This document shows, one piece after another, positions 25,489 through 32,000 of a DNA stretch of 32,000 nt. Within the stretch, counting starts at the first letter, position 1. Each line of letters opens with the position of its first letter. This DNA comes from Staphylothermus marinus F1 (GTDB taxonomy: Archaea; Thermoproteota; Thermoprotei_A; Sulfolobales; Desulfurococcaceae): NCBI RefSeq assembly GCF_000015945.1, contig NC_009033.1, forward strand, positions 720,001 through 752,000, read 5' to 3'. A program made the position numbers and the translations under genes. Below the pieces are notes generated by a model. The model was given only the letters and a program-made list of their open reading frames with translations, was not told the origin of the DNA and ran no database searches.

Positions 25489-26232
25489 TTGTTGAAGATA
25501 TTGGCAACAGCCGATATACATAGTCCGCGATTTCTCGATTTATTCATTAAGTCGTTAAATAAGGTAAAAATAAGACCTGACTTAATAATATTGGCTGGCG
25601 ACCTTGTTGATAAAAACAATATTTATGCTCTAAAACATGTATATGAAATATTAATTAACAAATATGAGGAGATACCGATCATTAGTGTTTTCGGTAATGA
25701 AGAATACCGTGGATTCGAGAATAAATATCGAGAAATGTATCCTGTTTTCAAATGGTTGGACGATGAATACATTATTTTAGAGATGAAAGAGTTGAAGATA
25801 GGAATAATTGGGACTAGAGGAGCACTTGACAAGCCTACTCCATGGCAATCACGACACATGCCTTGGCTGTACAATTATTATCGAGAACTACCATTAAAGA
25901 TCTCGGCGATGATAGATGAAGCTAGAAGTAAAGGAGCCAAATACATATTCCTAGTATCACACTATGGGGTAACATATAAGAACCTCGAAGGCGAGCCCAG
26001 AAATATTTGGCCTTACCTAGCAAGTTCTAGAATGGAGAAGATTATAAAAGATAAGAAAATAGATCTTGTTATTCATGGACATACACACAATGGTGTTAGG
26101 GATAAAATAAATATAGACGGTGTAGAAGTTTATAATGTATCATTACCTGCTCGTAGAGAAGTTGTACTTATAGATTTTACCCCGAAGAGTAAAGTGTTTG
26201 GTCTCGAGAAATGGCTATATAGTGGAGGGTGA
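25489..26232 (+). CDS. Calcineurin-like metallophosphoesterase
   Basis: Ordered motifs ADIH, GDLVD, GNEE, SHYG and GHTH. Confidence 0.8.
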   Translation: MLKILATADIHSPRFLDLFIKSLNKVKIRPDLIILAGDLVDKNNIYALKHVYEILINKYEEIPIISVFGNEEYRGFENKYREMYPVFKWLDDEYIILEMKELKIGIIGTRGALDKPTPWQSRHMPWLYNYYRELPLKISAMIDEARSKGAKYIFLVSHYGVTYKNLEGEPRNIWPYLASSRMEKIIKDKKIDLVIHGHTHNGVRDKINIDGVEVYNVSLPARREVVLIDFTPKSKVFGLEKWLYSGG

Positions 26233-26239
26233 GTATTCG

Positions 26240-27028
26240 TTGGGTATACCTGTTCATCAAACTGCTCCACGTAAATTCCCAGCAGTTACTCTATTTATAA
26301 TCCTGATCAATATTGTTGTGTTCATATTAATGTATATTGAGCCACAACTCCTAGTACCTGGGGCAACAAATGCCTATGAGGTTCAAAGACAGCTAGCAAT
26401 GATACCGATCGCTATTGTTAGGGGCGAGCGGTTGTGGACTATTTTCACGGCAATGTTCACTCATGCAGATATTTATCATTTACTGGGTAACATGATCTTC
26501 TTATTCTTCTTCGGAGGACCCGTTGAAAGCGTTATGGGTCGTAAAAGATATTTGTTATTCTATTTTCTAGGCGGGATTATGGCTGATATTTTCCATATAT
26601 TAAGCATCACAATCATACCTAGCCAATACTTGATTACTGGTAAAATAATTATTAATCCATGGGTAACCCCAACACTAGGTGCTTCAGGAGCTATTAGCGC
26701 GGTTATGGGTGCTTATCTAATCTATTATCCTAGATCACGTATAACAATGGTTTACCCAATATGGATAATACCGTTAATCTTCACGTTGCCTGCATGGGTA
26801 TATATTCTAATATGGTTCTTCTACCAATTAGTAATGGGTCTGATCACACTGCTAGGATTTGCTTCATCAATAGCTTTCTGGGCACATATAGGAGGTTTTA
26901 TATCTGGAATAGCATTTGCACCATTCTTCATGGAGCCAGCAATTAAAGAGCAGATAAGAATGTATAAGGCAATGCTAAGAGAATATATGGTGGAGGAGAC
27001 ACCGTATTATGAGGAAGAATTTTACTAG
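26240..27028 (+). CDS. Rhomboid-family intramembrane serine protease
   Basis: Multiple TM segments, HLLGNM (H..xN motif), GASGAISAVMGAY (GxSG catalytic Ser) and the AHIGGF catalytic His region. TTG 26240, preceded by GGAGGGTGA-N7, is preferred over the track start at 26198. Confidence 0.85.
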   Translation: MGIPVHQTAPRKFPAVTLFIILINIVVFILMYIEPQLLVPGATNAYEVQRQLAMIPIAIVRGERLWTIFTAMFTHADIYHLLGNMIFLFFFGGPVESVMGRKRYLLFYFLGGIMADIFHILSITIIPSQYLITGKIIINPWVTPTLGASGAISAVMGAYLIYYPRSRITMVYPIWIIPLIFTLPAWVYILIWFFYQLVMGLITLLGFASSIAFWAHIGGFISGIAFAPFFMEPAIKEQIRMYKAMLREYMVEETPYYEEEFY

Positions 27029-27033
27029 GTATT

Positions 27034-27906
27034 TTATGCTCTCAACCCCTCATAGACAGCTAAACCAGTAATTATACCTAGTAAACCAACGTATTCATCA
27101 AATGATATGCCATGTTTCCTCAGCTTAAGATCTAGTTCAAATAATTTCTTGCTTCCAGCACGACTAGTCATTAATCCCTCCTTAAAAGCTTGTTCAACAT
27201 ATGGTTTTGCCCATGATGGGAGCTTGGGCATGATTATTTCTAGGTATAATGCTATTATAGCATTATTGGAATCTCTAAATTTCCTATAGTATTCTAGGAG
27301 CTTCTTAACATATTCATATGTTTTACTCTCCCTCGTATCTAAGCTAATGAATGCATACCATTTACTACCTAGAACTCTGAAAACATCTCTAAAAGACAAT
27401 CCCTCCCCAATACTTGCGATATGCGATATTCCAGCAGAGCTTAAATGATCATACATGTCTTCACGGTGAACCCCCCTTAAAGCATCTATAAAATACTTTA
27501 TTTCCCTCCAAGAAGTTGTACTTATAAATAAATCTAGAGACTTAACTAGCTTACCATGATCTCTGATAATACTATCTATATCAGAATGACTTATAGCTAG
27601 AGAATATATTATTTGTGGAACTATAAAGGACGGATAAACATTATTGGGTAACCATCTATATGCTTCTCTAAGGCTTTTAGACAATAATCTACCTAAACCC
27701 AGACTGGTTGCTGCCAAGTCTCCTCTACGAATCTTCTCTCCATACTCTATTGCATCAATAATATAGTTTATTACTGCAATTGTGTTTGAAACATAGTATT
27801 CAATTCTCTTATCCACCCTTAGCCGATGAATTGTCCCAGGCTTTATTGTCGCATAAACTGATAAATGAACTCCTTCAATCATTGATTTAAGTATGGTTGG
27901 ATCCAA
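27034..27906 (-). CDS. Possible triphosphoribosyl-dephospho-CoA synthase (CitG/MdcB)-family protein
   Basis: 290-aa all-helical protein. The N-terminal segment ATIKPGTIHR resembles the CitG KPGLV motif. The match is weak and from memory. Confidence 0.4.
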   Translation of the reverse strand: MDPTILKSMIEGVHLSVYATIKPGTIHRLRVDKRIEYYVSNTIAVINYIIDAIEYGEKIRRGDLAATSLGLGRLLSKSLREAYRWLPNNVYPSFIVPQIIYSLAISHSDIDSIIRDHGKLVKSLDLFISTTSWREIKYFIDALRGVHREDMYDHLSSAGISHIASIGEGLSFRDVFRVLGSKWYAFISLDTRESKTYEYVKKLLEYYRKFRDSNNAIIALYLEIIMPKLPSWAKPYVEQAFKEGLMTSRAGSKKLFELDLKLRKHGISFDEYVGLLGIITGLAVYEGLRA

Positions 27907-27990
27907 TCCTTAAACACCATTATTTATAGTTCAGAGTAAAATAATATACATAAAGAATTATAAACAAATACTATATAATGGAAGATCGCG

Positions 27991-28608
27991 TTGAAACTCT
28001 TAAATGTATTCACAAAAATAACACTATATATTATCTCTGGAATAGTAGTGTTTTTATCTCTATCAACAGCTACAAATACCTACTACGCTGTTCTAGAAGC
28101 AACAATAATTATTGCTGTAATAATAATTGGTGATCTAAAGGGAAACTTTATCAGAATAAGTAAAAGTATTGGTTTAAGCATAACAGGCTTCATTATACCA
28201 TTTATTTTCAGCATAGAATTAATTCTTAGACTATTCACTGTTTTCTATAGTGTTGTATGGGATTTTTTCATAGGATTAATTATCTGTATTATCATAAATT
28301 ATCTGAACTCTATTACCTATAAGAAGCTAGGAGTATTATTGCTTGATTTATTAATACCTTTATTTACGATATCAGCAGTTTCAGTTATAATAATTACTAA
28401 AAATAATCTCGACCCATTAATTGTTATTCCCTTCTCCATAGTTCTTGGTTCTTTTTCATCAATTATAGGATTAGATCTGCTTAACATTAGGAGAGAGCCT
28501 GGGAAAATATATGTTTTTGGAGGAAACAATGTTTTGGATGCTATATTTTTAGAAGCCTTCTTATCTCCAAGCCTCTCCTATGCAATCCTAGTATTAAGCA
28601 CTACGTAA
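27991..28608 (+). CDS. Polytopic integral membrane protein of unknown function
   Basis: 205 aa with about 6 hydrophobic segments and a TTG start. No family confidently recognised. Confidence 0.55.
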   Translation: MKLLNVFTKITLYIISGIVVFLSLSTATNTYYAVLEATIIIAVIIIGDLKGNFIRISKSIGLSITGFIIPFIFSIELILRLFTVFYSVVWDFFIGLIICIIINYLNSITYKKLGVLLLDLLIPLFTISAVSVIIITKNNLDPLIVIPFSIVLGSFSSIIGLDLLNIRREPGKIYVFGGNNVLDAIFLEAFLSPSLSYAILVLSTT

Positions 28609-28625
28609 CCGGTTTATTGAGAGGG

Positions 28626-28694
28626 ATTATTCAGTGTGAGAGCTCGTCATCACTGCCTTAACCGGCTCTGATGGTTTGCTAATCATCATCTCTT
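28626..28694 (-). ncRNA. C/D box sRNA (2'-O-methylation guide)
   Basis: The minus strand reads C box ATGATGA (28689-28683), a 12-nt guide TTAGCAAACCAT, D' CAGA (28670-28667), and a 13-nt spacer containing GCC-GGTTAA-GGC. It continues with C' GTGATGA (28653-28647), a 12-nt guide CGAGCTCTCACA and D box CTGA (28634-28631). Both spacings are exactly canonical. Confidence 0.7.
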
Positions 28695-29588
28695 AATAAT
28701 ATCTATTAAGTGCTTAATAATATGGATAGCAGGATCTACTCCTGTAGCGGCTTTTAATCCTCTCCACTGTGGAAACGCGTTTACCTCGATAATATAGTAT
28801 TTATCATTTACTGTATCATATACTACGTCTATGCCGGCATAATCTAGTCCTAGAGTTTTAGAAGCTTTTAATCCTAAATCAAAAACCTCAGGATAATCCT
28901 TTTCAGAAATCTTCTCGCCTCTAGCACCTTGGAAAATATTTGTTTTCCAAGATACTCCATGTCTCTTCATAGCACCGACTACTTGGTTTCCCACAATAAA
29001 TACTCTGAAATCATATCCTGGCTTCTCAATATAGACTTGATAATAACTTGGAAGATTTAAGTTAAACATTGTTCTCGTGATATGGAATGCTATATCAGGA
29101 TCTAGGATAAGCGATGAACCTAACCCCAAGCTTCCCATTAACGGTTTAAATACTGCTTTACCATGTTTTTCCACGAACCTCTTAGCTGTAAAGGGGTTTT
29201 CTGTAATGATTGTTTCTGGAACGGGTAAACCATGTTTTGATAATTCAACTAGGCTTCTCCACTTATCTCTAGCAATCATTATTGCTTCAGGCTTATTAAT
29301 TAATGGAATAAGTTGATTTAGTGCTTCTAATAAACCAATCCTGTGCATAAATGTTTCCAGTGTAAGTCTTAACCCTATTCCCCGAATAACTCCTCCATCC
29401 CCCTCTATGATTTCATCATGGTGTTTCACAGTGATTTCTCCACTAGATGTTATTTCTGCATCTAAGTTATTGATTCGTAAATATATTGGTGTATGGCCCA
29501 GCTTAATAGTTGCATTTTCTAGTTCTTTAACGCTCCATGGAGGCATTGCTCTATAGTGGAGTAGGAGAATCTTCATATCCATTACCAA
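28686..29588 (-). CDS. RimK-family ATP-grasp ligase (alpha-L-glutamate ligase / LysX-like)
   Basis: 300 aa with the ATP-grasp layout: ARDKW....L...G.P.P.T, V.KPL.GS.G.G, YIEKPG.D.RVF.VG..V.GAM.R and AGIDVV....D.YYIIEVN. The substrate cannot be inferred. Confidence 0.8.
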   Translation of the reverse strand: MVMDMKILLLHYRAMPPWSVKELENATIKLGHTPIYLRINNLDAEITSSGEITVKHHDEIIEGDGGVIRGIGLRLTLETFMHRIGLLEALNQLIPLINKPEAIMIARDKWRSLVELSKHGLPVPETIITENPFTAKRFVEKHGKAVFKPLMGSLGLGSSLILDPDIAFHITRTMFNLNLPSYYQVYIEKPGYDFRVFIVGNQVVGAMKRHGVSWKTNIFQGARGEKISEKDYPEVFDLGLKASKTLGLDYAGIDVVYDTVNDKYYIIEVNAFPQWRGLKAATGVDPAIHIIKHLIDIIKR

Positions 29589-29597
29589 GCTATGAAC

Positions 29598-29990
29598 TCA
29601 TATCTTATATATTCTATTAACAAAGTATAGAATCAATAATATGCTTATAGTCATTGTTAAAGCATATATTGAAGCCCCTATATTATTGTAGCCGCCAAAT
29701 ATGATGCCAGTTATTAATCCCAGTATTAACGCAAGTGATGTAAATACTGTCAATGCTAATACTTCCTTAGCACTTCTGTGATTATGGGAATAATAAGCTA
29801 GATAACCAAGTATTATAACAGATGTTATTGTTCCATATATTAATACATCCCTGTTGAAAACAGCTGTAACATAAGCAATATCAATGTATAATATGAATAA
29901 TAAGAGGCTAAGCATTTTTCTTGAATACAGTATTTTCTCGAACACCGTGGGGATCACCATATTATTAAGTCTTACTCCTACTATGAACAA
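29598..29990 (-). CDS. Small integral membrane protein with about 4 TM segments
   Basis: 130-aa hydrophobic ORF located between the SIS-like gene and the RimK-like gene on the same strand. The start is uncertain: TTG 29990 or ATG 29960. Confidence 0.5.
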   Translation of the reverse strand: MFIVGVRLNNMVIPTVFEKILYSRKMLSLLLFILYIDIAYVTAVFNRDVLIYGTITSVIILGYLAYYSHNHRSAKEVLALTVFTSLALILGLITGIIFGGYNNIGASIYALTMTISILLILYFVNRIYKI

Positions 29991-30882
29991 GGTAATATGC
30001 TAGAACAGCATAATATATCTGAGCCTCCAATGGATCAGTATTTATTGGTAAATGTATAGTTTTAGTATTCATCATGTTTAATTTAAACAATATTTCGCGA
30101 GCATAGTATTCTTCAACACTAGTTGTCAACAATAATACATTAGCAGGCCCAACAATTTGCTCCGGCGCTTCATAATGTGTTTTAACACCTATTCTCCTCA
30201 AAGCCTCGACGAAAAATAGTGAGGAAGGCTCTAATATTTTAGAGGAAGAAACTATTACTTCTTTCAGCATAGAAATCTTCTCTAACTGATCCATATATTT
30301 CTCGAGCAACTCATTAATTACTATTGTGAATCCTTCTAGGGAGTGCTTATATAGTCTACTCCCCCTCCTACCTAACTTATCCTTATAATGTTTAGATGCA
30401 GCATGATAAGCAGCCATAGACATTAATAGAGAAGCTTCCAGCTCATCGTTAAGCTCTATATAGATTGGGTCATATTTAGATAACATATCAATAAGTCTTA
30501 GATCGGCTGGTTTGGGTGTGATGAAAAACACTTTATTACCTGTTAAACTAGATGATTGCAACAATGTTATTGTTGCTCCAGAAAACGGGTTTGTCGCTAA
30601 AAACAATGCTTTTCCCGGTTCTCTATAAGCGACTATATAGTATGAAACAGTGTTTGCATCCCCGAATACAACCCTGCTCTCAGGCTCCATTGTCACTATA
30701 AACCAGTATAGAATAGATGCAGGTAGATATCCCTGCCTATTATAAGTTATAATCACGTATTCTTTGTTAAGGTTTAGAAAATCAATTATCTTCTCAGCTA
30801 ATATGCGGGATTTATGCTCTAATCTCTCAATGTGTTTCACATATTTATTTATACTAGCGCTGTCTCTAAGCTTTTGCAACAA
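29965..30882 (-). CDS. Hypothetical protein, possibly a degenerate SIS (sugar isomerase)-like fold
   Basis: 305-aa ORF. The segment [29 protein letters not shown] resembles an SIS-domain strand-helix pattern, but the canonical G.GxS motif is absent. Confidence 0.45.
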   Translation of the reverse strand: MLQKLRDSASINKYVKHIERLEHKSRILAEKIIDFLNLNKEYVIITYNRQGYLPASILYWFIVTMEPESRVVFGDANTVSYYIVAYREPGKALFLATNPFSGATITLLQSSSLTGNKVFFITPKPADLRLIDMLSKYDPIYIELNDELEASLLMSMAAYHAASKHYKDKLGRRGSRLYKHSLEGFTIVINELLEKYMDQLEKISMLKEVIVSSSKILEPSSLFFVEALRRIGVKTHYEAPEQIVGPANVLLLTTSVEEYYAREILFKLNMMNTKTIHLPINTDPLEAQIYYAVLAYYLVHSRSKT

Positions 30883-31685
30883 CTACACTTATCCTCCAAT
30901 GGTTTCTCCGGTATTTTCTCTATTATTCTAGGCAATAACTTCTTTGCTTTAACAGTATTTTCATTCATTACTCTTATTACCTCCTCTGCAGTAACAGGTT
31001 TTTCAGCCCATACATCATAGTCTGTGATCATAGCTACTGTTGCATAACAGATCTGTGCTTCACATGCAAGATTTATTTCGGGGACTAGAGTCATACCTAT
31101 AATATCTGCTTTAAATACTTCTTTCCAAACCCTGCTCTCAGCTCTTGTCGAGAACCTTGGCCCCTCAATACATATATATGTTCCCTTATTATGAAGCGTT
31201 AATCCATTGATTTCTTTCGCAGCATCTATAATTATTTCTCTTAAATGATCGCAGAATGGATCAGCCATGCTTACATGCGCTACTACTCCTCCCTCAAAGA
31301 ATGTCATAGGTCTTATTCCTTTAGTCATATCTATGAATTGATCGGGGACTACGAAGTCTCCTGGCTTATAATCTTCTCGTAGACTCCCAACAGCTGAGAA
31401 GGCTATGATCCATTTTACACCAATGCTTTTAAGTGCCCAAATATTTGCTCTATAATTTACTCGGTGGGGAGGTATTTTATGTCCCCTACCATGTCTTGGC
31501 AGGAAAGCTATTGTCCTACCTTTCAGTTCTCCCACTACTACGTTATCGCTTGGCATACCATAGGGGGTGTATATTTTGTATTCACGGATATTTTGTAGAC
31601 CCGGTATTTCATATAATCCACTGCCACCAATTACTCCTATCTCAGCTTTTACAGGAGGCTTCACGAGAACCATAAGTTTCACCAT
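30849..31685 (-). CDS. mtnP: 5'-methylthioadenosine phosphorylase
   Basis: Matches [41 protein letters not shown] and GMT..PE..LA.E..I.YA..A..TDYD.W. Its ATG overlaps the upstream stop as TAATG. Confidence 0.93.
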   Translation of the reverse strand: MVKLMVLVKPPVKAEIGVIGGSGLYEIPGLQNIREYKIYTPYGMPSDNVVVGELKGRTIAFLPRHGRGHKIPPHRVNYRANIWALKSIGVKWIIAFSAVGSLREDYKPGDFVVPDQFIDMTKGIRPMTFFEGGVVAHVSMADPFCDHLREIIIDAAKEINGLTLHNKGTYICIEGPRFSTRAESRVWKEVFKADIIGMTLVPEINLACEAQICYATVAMITDYDVWAEKPVTAEEVIRVMNENTVKAKKLLPRIIEKIPEKPLEDKCSCCKSLETALV

Positions 31686-32000
31686 TACATAGTTAATAAG
31701 ACATATTTATCGTTTGCTTCATCATACTTTATGAATTGTTTCTCGATAAGTATGTTTAATGCATCCTTATAGTATCTATCACCAACATCTATACCATACC
31801 ATTCCTTAAACCCATCAATAATTTCTTTATAGCTCCACTCCCTCTTCCCAGTCTCCTTATATGTTTCAGTCATCATTCTCTTAATGAACTGATATGTATC
31901 TTCAAGCCTTGTCCATGGATACTGGAACCATGTCCAATCCTTAACCTCAATATAGTAGTAGTCAGGCTTAAACTTGGCTACCGGACTAATCCATTGTAGC
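31685..32000 (-). CDS. Partial hypothetical protein; the N-terminus lies beyond the window edge
   Basis: The track lists a 63-aa ORF from ATG 31876. The same frame stays open upstream to base 32000 ([47 protein letters not shown]...), so the gene probably starts outside the window. No family recognised. Confidence 0.5.
   Translation of the reverse strand, partial: LQWISPVAKFKPDYYYIEVKDWTWFQYPWTRLEDTYQFIKRMMTETYKETGKREWSYKEIIDGFKEWYGIDVGDRYYKDALNILIEKQFIKYDEANDKYVLLTM

Noticed and set aside
1-32000. CRISPR arrays, IS elements or transposases, integrases, prophage genes and known defence-system genes
   Set aside because: I saw no regularly spaced direct repeats, no transposase or integrase-like ORFs, and no recognisable nuclease-helicase defence cassettes. 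The window looks like core chromosome.

Overview
AT-rich archaeal chromosomal segment with about 47 tightly packed CDSs on both strands. Gene content and the recurrent GGTGA-type Shine-Dalgarno motif placed 6-7 nt before start codons suggest a hyperthermophilic crenarchaeon, possibly a Desulfurococcales/Staphylothermus-like organism; this is inference only. Most genes are housekeeping: TruD, Pth2, aEF-1beta, CDC48/VCP, FEN1, PIMT, Trm5, NAD kinase, Nob1, a PUA-NSUN m5C methyltransferase, an AGOG-like glycosylase, a creatininase-family enzyme, Maf, a PflX-like radical SAM protein, MOFRL glycerate 2-kinase, ValRS, a PHP phosphoesterase, ferredoxin, a metallophosphoesterase, rhomboid, a RimK-type ATP-grasp ligase and MTAP. 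I found no CRISPR array, IS element or integrase, tRNA, rRNA or obvious defence island. The unexplained signals are mostly non-coding or at the level of gene architecture. (1) A promoter-preceded, GC-rich three-helix RNA element abuts the ATG of an orphan Zn-ribbon-GNAT-ABC-ATPase fusion gene (16318-18053); this is my best candidate for something undescribed. (2) A 600-bp intergenic region holds a roughly 265-nt nested-helix element with an embedded C/D-box-like module (632-897). (3) A canonical C/D box sRNA has a C box that contains the stop codon of the RimK-like gene (28626-28694). (4) Two conserved enzymes, TruD and glycerate kinase, have conserved N-terminal regions with no ATG/GTG/TTG, but each has GGTGA-N6-ATT/ATA. 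(5) The two Walker A regions of CDC48 share a 53-nt stretch that is identical at every synonymous site. All functional calls come from motif recognition by eye; no database search was run.
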